Shown here: positions 8,630 to 21,243 of the stretch, piece after piece
Layout: each line of letters begins with the position of its first letter
Position numbering within the stretch: position 1 is the stretch's first letter
Origin: Moniliella sp. 'wahieum'
Taxonomy: Eukaryota
Length of the DNA: 36,594 bases
Reading direction: 5' to 3'
NCBI GenBank assembly: GCA_003971905.1
Contig: RSEE01000175.1
Coordinates: forward strand, 1-36,594
Notes under the pieces: generated by a model
The model's database searches: none
What the model was told of the DNA's origin: nothing
Seen by the model: only the letters and a program-made list of their open reading frames with translations
Position numbers and translations under genes: made by a program

Positions 8630-11499
8630 AACGTGGCTCCCACCGTGACCTAGTTGTCCCCTTACGAAACCAGCCTGAGACCGTCGGCAGGTCTCTGCAT
8701 CAACGACGGAATCCCTTTCACCCTGCCTTGTTTTTCTGTCTGGCCATCCAATCGCGATGGCATCAGAGTTGTTCTCCCATCCGTCTCTCTGTGCATTCTT
8801 CTTTCTGGTTAGTGGGACAATCGGGCCTCGAACCAATCAGGAACGAGACCCCGTAAACCACATTTTGGCCTTCATTACGATACCACGCGCCACGACTTCT
8901 TCCATCCGGTGAATATGAGAAACGCGCTGTAACCGAGTTGATGCTAAACAAGCTCTTTGAGTCCTTATATATAGTCAGTACGGACCGCTATCGGAGACGG
9001 AATACCTGGACAGTGTCTCATGTATACGAATATAGCGGTGATTGGGAAACGGGAGAATGCGTGTTTTTACAGACCTTATGTGTATCTCGTTGCCTGCCAC
9101 GGCACAGGGATTGTAAAGAAATAGTCAAGACTACTTAGAGAGCTCAGTCCCTATATGTGGTGACGCTGACTGATACGTTTCATACGCTGCTGCCTGTAAC
9201 AGTCGGGGCTAAACGAGGGAGACCAAGGTCCTGTCAGAGGCGGGGGGAAAGGCGAGATCGTTCGTGGGAGGAAACAGAAGGCATCAGGCAGAGAACAGAA
9301 GCAAAAGGGAAGGGAAAGAGCGAGAGACACAGGATGCGGAATTGGAAATTGGAGCGAGCTTAGTCATTCGGTGACACTGCCGTGGGTCAGATGTCCTGTT
9401 CTGACATGGGGATTGTAAGGGGTTTGCCGGCTTTCCCCAGAGGAGACCTTCCCTGCCCATCGGAGACAAGACTCACGGAGGACATCCAAGGTTCAAAGAA
9501 TATAGGCGTGAACGTAGGCGGTTCTCGCGAGTAATTGTCCCTTGCTATCCGTCAAGGAGAGCCAGCTAGCGTCCAAGAAGGATTACCCACGCGACGACGC
9601 CACTGTGGCGATCAATCGTGCATACCGAATGCGATCCGCAGTGTTAGCATGGCCCGACAAGGGGAGCAGGACCTGCTCCGGAGAGCAGGAAAGAGCTTGG
9701 TTGGTTGGTGGATGTGAGAGCTGCTCCCAATACTGCGCCAGCACATGTTCCACATGTCCACACTGGCTGAGGGCTGACGCCAACCCCAACGCGCAGCTGA
9801 TCAGTCTCCAATCCGATACCCGCGCCCAGTGTTCAGTGACCTGGCACTGAGCCACAATCGCTACTCCGTTCCGCTCTGTCCCACAGTTGATAAACAGTGT
9901 GGATGCCTCGGCTGCACACCTGTCGGTAGCCTAGCCGTTCTCGCAACCATGTGCCCTGCACGCGACCAGCACCTCCCAGCGTGTACCCTCAACTGTTGCG
10001 CGCACTGGTCGCCAGCAGCATTGTTCACCGTGTCTGTGGCCCCAGGCCACCGCGCACGATGTCGGAGCAAGGTAACAAGTCAGACTCCTTCTGGTCATGA
10101 AGCTGGCCCACCTCTCAACATCGATTTGTGGTCAATAGAGCGTGTTGGTAGACCCAAGCGGCATGCCAACAAAAGCATGGCCCACTTCGTCTCACCTGGG
10201 AATCATATACAAATGTTGCCTGTAAGCGCTGCATTCTCCGCTCTTTCACCTGCACATGCAGACGGGCTTTGGGCATCATGACATGATCAGCATCACCCAG
10301 CTTAGCTTTAAACACCCACTCGAGACTCCTGAACCATCCTCTAGCTCCATGATGTAGAGCTCCCACATCTTGTCTCGGTCGATCAGTCAGGTCTCTCGTT
10401 GACATGCATAGCGAACCGATAGCAGGTTTAACAATGAATCAGTGATAATCACTATCCTTCTTCTCCGCCTCTGCTTGCGTCAGAGACTATCCTGCGCTGG
10501 AACCGGCACCAGTTACTTGCTGCTCAATCGAAACATAATCCACGGCGTTCGCATCCGATATCTTTTTGATTCGGTGGTGATCCCCCGGCCGGGACTCCAA
10601 CACACATCGGTAAGGAAATGCTGGGAGTCATGTGCACATGAATTCTCATCCCGCGTACCATGCCGCGCGATAAACTCAGGGATAGGATATATGACTAGAG
10701 TGGGTCAAACGTCTTGTATTACATCCCTATTAATCAGCCCCGGTGAGAATCAAACTGACCGGGGGGTCCGTGATCATGTTCGAACGGCCCCGAGCCTCGC
10801 GCCAGATTCTATGATCTCACTGTATTCCTCTTTTATCTAATGGACCTTGCACCTGCAGTGCATGTCGTTTGTATTGCATGCAATCCCTCGCCCCCCCGCC
10901 CCCCCGCCCCCAAAAAAATATGGATCAAACAACAGTGATTGCAGGGCCAACGGAAATCCCACTACTCCGGAGCAGCAGGAACCAAGCGAGAGATGGTTCA
11001 TGCCACTGGGCCGCAGTGTCACACCCTGACCATGACGAAAGATAATTTGGCCACACGCCGGGCCTGAATGGGCCCCATTCTGCCCTTTTCAACCTAAAGA
11101 TGTGCTTTATAGAACTGGAAGAAGTCCATTTCGCAAGACAATTTAACCAGAGAAATAAAATATCTGGTCCCTGGGACATATGAAATGTGTGCTTGTCTAG
11201 GCAGTGTGGACGACAATTTCTCGAGTGACAGCGAGGCTGTTCATCTGAGTTAACAAGAAGAGAGACATCTATTTGAATTACAGCAGGCAAACTGTCGTCT
11301 GTTAGGAGACCTATGGCTCAAACTATATGCCGAGCTAACGGAAGTCAGTCAACTTTCCACAGCTGCTGTTCTTGATTGTGTTCTTCCTTTGCATGATTCA
11401 CCCGGGGCGACGGCCGGTTTTCGTCCTATCTTTCCACTACAGAGCTGCGTGGACGTATGTCTGTGTCTGTGTTTGTAAGTTGCGGCGGAGTTGAGGAGG

Positions 11500-13060
11500 G
11501 GGTAAGTTGCATTTGGGCCAAAGTAATAATCATGGGTACAGTTGCATTGATTGTACGCTTTTGAGCGGGGTTCGTTAATCTAGGTCCATTTATATACATG
11601 TTGGCCCAGGATCCCATGCACTTCTTCGTGAAACAACTCCGTTGTGATGTGGCTTTTTCGACGAAGAGTGGAGTGTTGGCACGATTACGCTATGCAACAG
11701 CGCCTACGGCCATTGCATCGAAATCCCGCAATCTGACATCCAAGTCTTGTCGGTCCAAGTTGTCCCGAAAATCTTAGGTCTAGGATGATGGTCATTTAGT
11801 TGTTGCATTATTCATTGAGGGCATGCTAAATATTTGTTTAGGATTGGCGTGACGGGGCTGTTACGAATTCGCACAAAGAATGGAGTCGCGACCATCGTAT
11901 ACCGGCAACTCCCGGTATCGTTGTTGGATGAACACTTTTGAGAAAACTACACTGCTTAATGAAACGATTGGATCATACGTTCCGAAGAGGGATTGAGAAA
12001 AACATCCTTAGTAACGGCGAAGCGGATGAAATAGTCTCTGTGTTGCCGCAGAATACCCCATCCTTCTGATCAGTCACTTAACTTGAGGATAGCCATGAAG
12101 GAGTGTACGTACGCGTTAACCGAAGGAACAATGCTAAATGCTGATGTATCCTTATGTGTGATGGCAATTACTTGTATGTTCGTGCATGCGGGGGATGCGA
12201 GAACACCCAACTAGTATGTATCGGTCGGTTGGACCGCGGATACACTTCTCCCAATTTTAATAGTGTGGCAAACGTGCATCTTAGGCGATCCGCATCCACC
12301 CGTTGCTACCAGGAAAGGCGAAATGTTTGGTCCCAACACCGGAGACCTCCAGATATCGATCCATTGTGCGGTTTCGCGTCCGAATATTCGGCCAGAGGTG
12401 CAACTTAGCTCCGGTGGCGTGAACTGACACTCGGCGGCGAGTGTTCGCCTTCCACTCTGGTTAGCATCGCGGGTTATAAATTAGGCCATTGATATTCCCA
12501 CCCGGAACATAAGTCAATTTACAACCCAAACTCATCACCGTATCATACAACTTGATTGTCCCAGTAGATATCACCGCAAATGCCGACGACTATACGGTAA
12601 CACGCCCTACGTGCACATATCATCGAGTTCCAATTCTGAGAACAATTAACAGCGGGAAAGCATTGGCCCAACGTTCAATGTTCCTCATTTGTTATTGGCT
12701 TCTTGACGATTGGTAGTCAGGATATTGGGCCCCAGACGGACCAAATGTTTGGGAAATTGCCTCACAGCTTGCCGAGTTCGTCCGGATCAGTATTTGGTTA
12801 ACCGTTACTCAACCACAATAATTTTATGAGGTTTCGTCAGTCACTGGGTGTTATCATATTCAGTTGATACAGCTGGATCTTATCCGGGATGCTGATTATG
12901 TGTTTTCATGCGGCGCTCTGCAGATTGTCCCTCTACTGAGGTTGTTTGCCCCACGTCAATGAAGCCTCTATCGGCTTGTATTCGCCCATATTGTGCAACC
13001 ACATATGGTGGTGGAAATGGTAACCTATACCAATCTCCAATCAACAGAAGGATGAGGAAT
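11500..13060 (-). pseudogene. Probable heavily decayed cytochrome P450
   Basis: Degenerate motifs appear in the expected order and roughly the expected spacing: PFPPP (~13006-13020), HLVRLGPNIL (~12730), FCGNTETISSA (I-helix-like, ~12021-12053), HPRPKIFG (~11764-11787), FHEEVHGILGQH (FxxGxHxCxG-like, Cys absent, ~11598-11633). Many stops and frameshifts. Confidence 0.35.
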
Positions 13061-14213
13061 TAAGAACGCTGCGACTTCAATGCCACTGTGGTAGCATGCC
13101 TGGAGTGTAGCACTATTGGTCTACATCTCCTAGCGTGTTAGTGCAGAACTGAATGCGATGATGGGTCAACGACGAAGTGGGACTTAGTAGGCCCAGTAGA
13201 CAAGAAAAAAGAGAGAGGGATCATGGAAACGGGCCGCTATATATCAGGCTGGGGGCCGATTCAACATGATCGAATCCAGGCTGAGCGCTCAGCGCGGCCA
13301 CCTCGGGTAGGAGGAGCAAGTCGGCGTGGCTTAGAGATGATCGGCCTCGAACCCCCGGGAGGTCAACAAGCACGTACGCCGTAACAGTTATGCGCTGGTT
13401 CTGAAAGTACGAGGCGGGCATCCTGGCTCGCTGGAAACTGTAGCCCTGGGAGTTCTTTGAGCTACTGGCTCCTCCAGTTGCCATGCCGGGCTAACAGCCC
13501 TGATTCGATCTAGTTTCTTCCTTGTACGCTCGATGTCACCTACAACTCTCCGTCCCACTGGATGAACATATTGGTAGAACTCGCCCCCCGCTGTGATGCC
13601 CGCCGGGACACTAGTATTGGGCCGTAGTATCGGGCCGAGTGTGGGTTGTTCAGAATGTCAAACATACCGAATACAGTGCCTGGTACCACTATTAGTTGTC
13701 TCGAAACCTCAGGGCTGGCTCTTCTTATCTTGAGTCTTTTATTTTCAAACCTTACTTGCAGAGATTCGAAGCTCAGGGTCTGTCGCTCAACTGCCAGTGA
13801 TCCTAGTTCTGTTGAGCTTTCTTGGAGGCTCGAGCTTCTTGACACCCTACTTTTTACACTCCCGAGGGTCCATAGTGAGCATAGCACACCGCATCTCTTC
13901 GCTCTAGTTTCCAAGACACCATTCCATGTATCCTGAGTGTGGACCCCAACAACGACGCCCACAGCACGGACCCCGTGGATGGGATGATGCATGGCTTCCG
14001 AGAAGATCACAGTGACTCGAGAGCTCTCAATGGCAAGCCCCCAAGTCCATATTGACCCATCGCAATGCAAAAAAGTACCCTCGAAGACGATTGCACTGCA
14101 TTCGATGGTGCTAGAATGAGTAGTAGTATAAAATGTAATACCAATAGTAACCCAGAGAGAGCGAGCATAGGAGGATCAGATCCGTCAGATACGTCGCCCA
14201 TGGGCACGTCAAT

Positions 14214-14329
14214 GACATTTCTGACGTTCAAGGGGGTGACGTCGACGACATAACCGACCTGCAGGGGGATGACATCGAGTACATATCTGACGTTCAGGGG
14301 GTGACATCGACGACGTCACTGACCTGCAG
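14214..14329. repeat. 33-bp minisatellite, ~3.5 units, with alternating (66-bp) higher-order structure
   Basis: Units GACATTTCTGACGTTCAAGGGGGTGACGTCGAC / GACATAACCGACCTGCAGGGGGATGACATCGAG / TACATATCTGACGTTCAGGGGGTGACATCGAC / GACGTCACTGACCTGCAG. Confidence 0.85.
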
Positions 14330-14523
14330 CGCGCTGACAGAATTGCCTCACCGCGGCAAATTACTCCTCTGACATTTTGAAGGTATTTTATATCTTAAGC
14401 ATAAATGATGTCTTTTGGTCGGTGATCCGCTGTGGAAGCAAAACAATAGACAAGAATCAAGTGCTTGAGGGTCAGTTGCATGTGAGCAATATAGGGAGTG
14501 CTTGATGAAGGGAGATGGTTTGG

Positions 14524-16073
14524 CTAGACTCGAACCCACAGACGTCCCTTGGATGCGGGTAAGGCGGGCGATGGAGATGATGACCGTGCCGGTCATCACT
14601 ATGGCAGCCGAGTAGAGAAGGAGCGGCCACCAGCGATCGTTATTGTCTCCCAGCACGGCGCCGCCGATGGGCGTACCGAACAAGCCGGCGAAGGACAATA
14701 CGAAATAACCTGTGCCTATCCGTGCGCCGACTGTGTCCGTGGGGCCGATTTGAGACCAAACACGAGGGAAGAAGAGAGATATAGGATCCTGCAGAAAGAG
14801 AACCGACCGGGTTAGCAGTGCATTCCAAGTCAGGGACGGGGAGGGAAGCGAGAACGAACCGGAACAGAATCCTAACAGGATGGAAGCGGGAATCAGTCCA
14901 CCAAGTGATTCGCCAAGGGCCACACAAACAGGATAGCCGACACAACGGCGCAAAAGGGACCAACGTATTAAAAACCGACGATCTTGTCGGCCAGTAAGCC
15001 AGGAAGGATACGTCCGAAAGTAGACGAGGCGTTGATGACCGACAAGAAATAGGATCCTTGGGGGATGCGGTACTGGGCAGTGAAGAGGTCGAGGTATGTC
15101 CACACGTTGTAGATCGTCAAAAAAATGAGAAACGCACCGGAAGTGAGCAAGACAAAGGTCCAGGATTGGAATGCAGAAAACTGGATCCATTGAATGCGCC
15201 GCCATCCTCCGTTGGCAAAGTGGATTTTGGGCCAACCGTTGGCGTAGAGCGAAGTAGGAAGGAATGAAGCAAGCCAAGGCCATAAATCCAAAAATACGCA
15301 TGCACCAGGGAAAGCCAACGTTGGGGTGATCGATCAGCTTGCGGGCGGCAATCGGTAAAATTGTGCCACCGATGGAGCTCCCCAAGCCACAATCCCATTC
15401 GCGAACGCCCGGCGACGCAGAAACCAGTGCGACGAGGACATAGCACCCAAGTTGAATAAAAGCCCACACGCCAAGGAAATTCCCACCCCTTGGGCGAGAA
15501 AAGTTCCGTATACGTCTTGCACAATGACAACAACATCTGGCACACAACAAAGAGGGTGGCTCCCACTAGAAAGGTCTGTTAAAGACTCGAGTTAGAACGT
15601 CAATTTGAAAGAAGGGCGCAAATGAAGGGTGGTACTGACAAGGCGAAGGTAACCGGCATCAAAGAAGCGACCGACAACGGGTCCCATCATAAAAGGCAAA
15701 CCGTACTGGAACGAACCAATCCAGGCAACCTGGCTTGATGATTTATCCTTCAACATAGTGCGGAGGTAGTACTCTTCGAAGACACCAAACGCATTGACCA
15801 GACCAAACGACCAAAACATGCACCAGAACCCGCCAAACACGGAAAGCCAAGCGTGTAAGCCCGTCTCCGGAAAATCAGAAGCGGAGTCAAAGCGAAAGTT
15901 GGCTCGTTCATCAGGGTACGTCCATCTTGGCTGTTCCCTTCGTCGTCGCTGCTGACAACAGAAGAATGAGGCACAGAAAGGGGTGAGGGAATGTCGTTTA
16001 CCTTCTTGCCGGGATCAATGGCTGCTTCTTTTTCTGGGTCGGGCAAATGGGAAGTCGGGTCCGCAGGAAGCAT
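14524..16073 (-). CDS. MFS monocarboxylate-transporter family protein (Mch-like), paralog A
   Basis: DFPETGLHAWLSVFGGFWCMFWSFGLVNAFGVFEEYY, AWIGSFQ, HWFLRRRAFANGI, INASSTFGRILPGLLADK, VGARIG, GTPIGGA. Introns at ~15576-15639 and ~14789-14859. Confidence 0.92.
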
Positions 16074-16198
16074 GTCGGGAGAATTGATAGGACCATATTG
16101 ATGTGCATGGAGTCAGTGGTAGGCTTGGGAGGGTGGATGGTGACGAAATGCGACGGGATCGCGCTGCATTCAATCAAAGGAAGGTGTGAACGAGTCCA

Positions 16199-16208
16199 TT
16201 ATTATATA
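16199..16208 (-). promoter_or_regulatory. Putative TATA box of MFS paralog A
   Basis: TATATAA on the minus strand ~130 bp upstream of the ATG. A TATATA run sits at the homologous position in paralog B. Confidence 0.55.
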
Positions 16209-18493
16209 GTTGTTATGGATCAACGTGCTTTTTGGATGCGAGCTCACGTCTCACGGCCATGCACCAATAAGCTGGCATGTGCCTTTCAGGAGATGTGACT
16301 AAACTAAAGTCCGTGGTCTCCGAGGAGGATATATAGAGACGAAGGTGTTGCCATGTATCCGCCTTTTGTCGTCGACTGGCCTTTCAGTGGTCCTAGAGCA
16401 GCAGCATTGATACTGCGGAAAGTCCCCGCAGGAAGAGACAACATTCAATTTGTTTGCGCAAACTCTTCTCTCCATCGGAGATTATAGTTCGGACGATGGA
16501 TAATCCGGGAATATGTAGGCACAAAAGGTGGTCGCGCGCAACGTGACTCTGGGGCGGACTACCTTCTCGGCTCGGACTTCTCAAGGATCTAATAGTACTA
16601 GTTCTGCTCGGACATATGGTCTTCTTTTCTACACGATGGATTGTGCAACTTAACCCTACTTAGCCAGTCACGGCCACACATACATAGATGCTGCTCTTTT
16701 TTTCTCCTTCTTTCTCCCGCGCCTACCTCGCCTTACCTCGGTCACCTGCTTCCCTTCCTTCTCTTTCCATTGACCTCATATATACCTGAAGCAATGCTTC
16801 CTGAGTGGTCTACTTCCCTGTCGATATTAGACCTGTCTACGGTCGTATCTTTCGAGTCCTCACTCCATTCCCCCGTACTCTCTGTAGCAAAGCGTTGACG
16901 GAACATCCGTGCTAATGCTGGGTGATGTTCGAACTCAAAGGGCCATTGACACCTCCGAAGGCTTGGTGTCAATTCCGAGCACATTGCCGCGCTGGTGCCC
17001 GGGATCGACGGGGTGCCGCTTTCCACACTATCCCACACCCCTCTCATCTACCCCAGCTTGTAATTGTGGCTAACTCCTGTTGCGTCTCTACAACAGCATT
17101 TCTGCGCTGAAGACACAGCAAGGTACGATCGATAACACAGCACCCAAGAATAGATCTGATGGTTTGACGGATCTGATATTCTGATGGTGGAGGTGTTGCA
17201 CTTGGGTTGGCTGAAGCTCTGAAGAGTCTTTGTATCGAGTATCTCCACGGAAATAAAACTGTGATTGCACATCACATGTCATAGTGCCCCCATTAGGGTT
17301 AGAAACTTGGATCAAAGGCATCTTGCAAGCTATTATGTCAACGAGAGCTGGTCACTAACTGGTCTATAGGCCGGTGCCATCCAAGCTGTTGTGGGTGTGG
17401 ATCGGCTGTCTGTCCAACCGGGAGACTGCCCCCCCTACAACACGCCATAAAAAGTGTATATATTTGCTCACGGAGGATTTGGATTACGCCAGAGCTTTCC
17501 GCACGGCATCACAGCCGATAACCTCTCCGTTCATCACCATCATGCCAAATCAGGAGCCAAATTGCGAACCTCATTGCCAGGCTTCTAGACATCTTCGGCG
17601 CCGCCTTGACCCAGTTCTCTTGGTCTATCAACACCCTCGCCCCACTTTTTTGTAGATAGTACTACCGTCGGCCTTTCACGTGCGGTCATAAAAAGTTAAT
17701 GTTTGCGTTGCGCCGTGGACTTGACGCTAGCATGAGAAGACGGACAAGGCTGGGTCGAAGGCGAGCGAGACGGGGCATGCACATTACGCATGAGACCGAC
17801 GAAGTCAGCAGAAGCGAGGGGAATGCGGTGGAAGCAGGCACGTACGATGGCACTGCAGACCAGATAAAACGAGGACAAGATGGCCATCGAGGGAGGAGAG
17901 TCTGTGTAGGAGGCAGGGCGAGGGCAACATCATCGCGGGCAAGAGGGCATGAACGCGCACGACAGAAGCAATGCAGACAACCAGAGGGGAAGGGGTGAAG
18001 GGGCAGGGGGGACTTTCAACAGCGACGCAGAGGAGGAGGAGGATGGAGTGTTACAGAGACGTACGGCAGCATGCAGGCCAGGCGAGGAGGACCGGGGGCG
18101 ATTGGGCGGACGAGGGAGGCGGGAAGCAGGCGAAGGGCAGGCAGCAACGATGGTGATGTTGGTGGACAGAGGAAGAAGAAGGTGCTTGCGCGTGGCACAG
18201 AGCACTCTCCGATGAGCTGGCTGCAGAAATGGGATACCAGTCGCTATACGGGCGCAATGAGCGGGGCGGTGGTGGCGAGAGAGAATGCAACCACAGAGGA
18301 GAAGGAGAATAAAAGGAGGCGCACCTGCGGCGCCGCCTATATCTGTACACACAGGCCCTGTTGTCGCGACGCGTGAAGGCTCTGACCTGGAGACAACTAG
18401 TCTCTAAACCCAGACGATCAGCGAGTAGTAATCAAGTAACGAGGTGAGCGAGAAGAAGGGGAAGGGGAAGGAAGGTGTGGGTGGCGAAGAGGT

Positions 18494-18607
18494 CAGAACA
18501 AGCATGGACAGGAGTGAACATGTGGCCTTGGCCTGCGCGCGGCAACTCTAGAGTCTAGCTTTCACATCGATGAATCAGGCATGGCACCGGTGGGTGACGT
18601 GGCAACA
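18494..18607. repeat. Right copy of the inverted repeat (partner 5422-5523)
   Basis: GTCTAGCTTTCACATC and GGCACCGGTGGGTGACGTGGCAACA are exact reverse complements of 5461-5476 and 5422-5446. Confidence 0.9.
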
Positions 18608-19204
18608 CTGCATCTAGGCCACGCGAGGGTCCATATAGGAAAGTTATATATGTCACAGGTGGGCGCCGCCAGACACCAACGACGGCCACACACCCCCAGG
18701 GCGGTGAAGTCGCAGGCCATGGATTGATCATACTAATGCAGAAACAGTTCTGGCTCAGGGGGGGGAATCAATGGGGGTCGACCTGTCCATCGCCCTGTGG
18801 GCAAGAACATGTAGGTATACTGGAAAGAATATGGTGTGCAGGGAAGAGATGCTGGCACTCAAAAAGTGTTGAGAGGCTTGAAAGAAGACGGACGGAAACC
18901 AGTCTGGAGACGAGAGCAAGGGAGACAAAAAAAGTTGAGTTTCAGTAGGTTGAGTGGAGACAAGTGGGAACCGAAAGTAGTGAGGTCAAATGGGGCGAAA
19001 AGCGTTGCGAAAGCCCTCGGCTTTTGAATTGGGGTCAACGCATCGGTATCGGAGAAAGAGAAAATGCGTGACATTCGAGAAGAACGAAGTGTAGCCACAC
19101 AATGGAGAAAGAATCAAGTACTTGGCTCACTTGCTCGTGAGCTGAGCCAAGAGTAGTGTGTAAGAATACGAGAGGGTAGATGAGGAAGGCACAAGGTGTA
19201 TTGG

Positions 19205-20766
19205 CTAGACCCGAACCCACAGGCGTCCCTTGGAAGCTGCAAAGCGGGCGATGGCGACGATGGCGTGCCGGTCATTGCTACGGCGCCCGAGTAGAGCAGG
19301 AGCGGCCACCAGCGATCGTTGTTGTCCCCCAATACAGCGCCTCCAATGGGGGGAGCCAAACATGCCGGCAAAGGACAATACGAAATAGCCTGTACCTATG
19401 CGCGCGCCAACTGTGTCTGGGGCCGATTTGGGCCAAACACGAAGCAAGGAGAGAGACAAATGATCCTGCAGAGATGAGAGACCCAACGGAGCACGCAATC
19501 CGAATTAGACAAAGAACTGAGTTAAGAGGGGAAGAGAGGACGAACCGGAACAGAATCCAAACAGGATCGAAGCAGGAATGAGGCCACGCAAGTGATTTGC
19601 CAAGGGCCACACAAATAGGATGATCGACGCCATGGCGCACATCGGGACCAACATATTAAACCGACCAACCTTGTCAGCCAGTAAGCCAGGAAGGATACGT
19701 CCGAAAGTAGACGAAGCGTTGATGACAGACAAGAAATAGGTCCCGTGTGGGATGTTGTATTGGGTGGTGAAGAGGTCGATGTACGTCCATATGTTGAAGA
19801 TGGTCAGAAAATTGAGAAACGCGCCAGACGTAAGCAAAACAAAGGTCCAGGACTGGAACGCAGAGAACTGGATCAACCGAATCTGCCGCCATCCTCCGTT
19901 GGCAAAGTGGATTTTGGGTGCCAACCGTTGGCGTAGAGCGAAGTAGGAAGGAATGAAGCAAGCCAAGGCCATAAATCCAAAAATACGCATGCACCAGGGG
20001 AAGCCAACGTTGGGGTGATCGATCAGCTTGCGGGCGGCAATCGGTAAAATTGTGCCACCGATGGAGCTCCCCGAAGCCACAATGCCAATAGCATACGCCC
20101 TACGACGAAGGAACCAGGAGGGGGCCACGGCACCCAAGTTTAACAAAAGTCCACACGACAAGGAAATTCCCACCCCTTGGGCGAGAAATAGTTCCGCGTA
20201 AGTCTTGCACAATGACAACAAACATCTGGCACACGACAAACAGGGTGGCACCAACTAGAAAGGTCTGTTAAAAGGACTCGGGTTAGAACACGTCAATTTG
20301 AAAGAAGGACACAAACAAGTACGGGTGGTACTGACAGATCGAAGATAACCCGCATCGAAAAGGCGACCGACAATGGGTCCCATCATGAAAGGCAAACCGA
20401 GCTGTAACGAACCAATCCAGGCAACCTGACTTGATGATTTGTCCTTCACATAGTGCGGAGGTAGTACTCTTCGAAGACACCAAACGTATTGACCAGTCCA
20501 AACGACCAGAACATGCACCAGAACCCACCAAGACGGAAAGCCAAGCGTGTAAGCCCGTCTCAGGAAAATCAGAAGCGGAGTCAAAAGCGAAAGTTGGCTC
20601 GTTCATCAGGGTACGTCCATCTTGGCTATTGCCTTGGCCGTTGCCGCTGACAAGAGAATGAGGCGCAGAAAGGGTGGGGGGGTATGGTCGTCTACGTCTT
20701 GGACGGTTCAAGTGCTGCGTCTTTTTCTGGATCAGGAAAATGGGAAGGTGGACCCGCCGGAGGCAT
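19205..20766 (-). CDS. MFS monocarboxylate-transporter family protein (Mch-like), paralog B
   Basis: Same motifs and intron positions as 14524-16073, with long identical stretches (e.g. IAARKLIDHPNVGFPWCMRIFGFMALACFIPSYFALRQR). Ends GRLWVRV-stop. Confidence 0.92.
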
Positions 20767-20891
20767 GTCGAGAAGATTGACAGAACCCATAGTGACGTGA
20801 TGGAATCAGTGGTAGGCTTGAGAGGATAAGATGCTGACGAAAAGCGACGGGGAGGCTGTGCGTCCAATCAAAGGAAGCCGTGGACGAGGTC

Positions 20892-20902
20892 ATATATATA
20901 TA
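20892..20902 (-). promoter_or_regulatory. Putative TATA box of MFS paralog B
   Basis: TATATATA run ~130 bp upstream of the ATG, positionally conserved with paralog A. Confidence 0.55.
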
Positions 20903-20942
20903 GCAGTGGTCATGGGGATCAAGGTGCTTTGGCGATGGTGGT

Positions 20943-21243
20943 GGGCGCTCACGTCTCATGGCATCATGCACCCATACCTGTGGCCTTCCTTCCACAGGAG
21001 ATGTGTAGGACTACGAATGGGGAGGTCAAACTAAAGTCCGTGGTCCCCGAGAAGTACATAAGAGATGAAGTGTTGCCAATGTATGGGCGCTCGCGCGCGC
21101 TCACGTGTCATGGGCATCATGCATCATGCACCAATAATAACCCGGCATGTCCCTTCTATGAGATGTTAGGACTGCGAGTGGGAAGACTAAACTAAAGTCC
21201 GTGGTCTCCGAAAAGTACATGAGAGAAGGCGTTGCCAAAGTAT
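20943..21243. repeat. Diverged tandem duplication (~142 and ~159 bp) in the paralog B promoter
   Basis: GCGCTCACGT..CATCATGCACC..GAGATGT..AAACTAAAGTCCGTGGTC..GTTGCCAA.GTAT occurs twice (20943-21084, 21085-21243) but once upstream of paralog A (~16240-16358). Confidence 0.85.

Noticed and set aside
8710..9330. Inverted repeat between the pyrimidine-rich (~8710-8750) and purine-rich (~9280-9320) tracts
   Set aside because: The similarity is explained by base composition; there is no extended exact match.
14214..14329. CRISPR-like array
   Set aside because: Contiguous tandem units without unique spacers, eukaryotic context, and no cas genes.
16650..16659. TAACCCTA as a telomerase RNA template or interstitial telomere
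   Set aside because: A single short match expected by chance, with no supporting structure.
17699..18490. Second TLH fragment next to the right inverted repeat (DELAAEMGYQSLYG)
   Set aside because: Only a vague resemblance to RecQ motif IV, with no other helicase motifs nearby.
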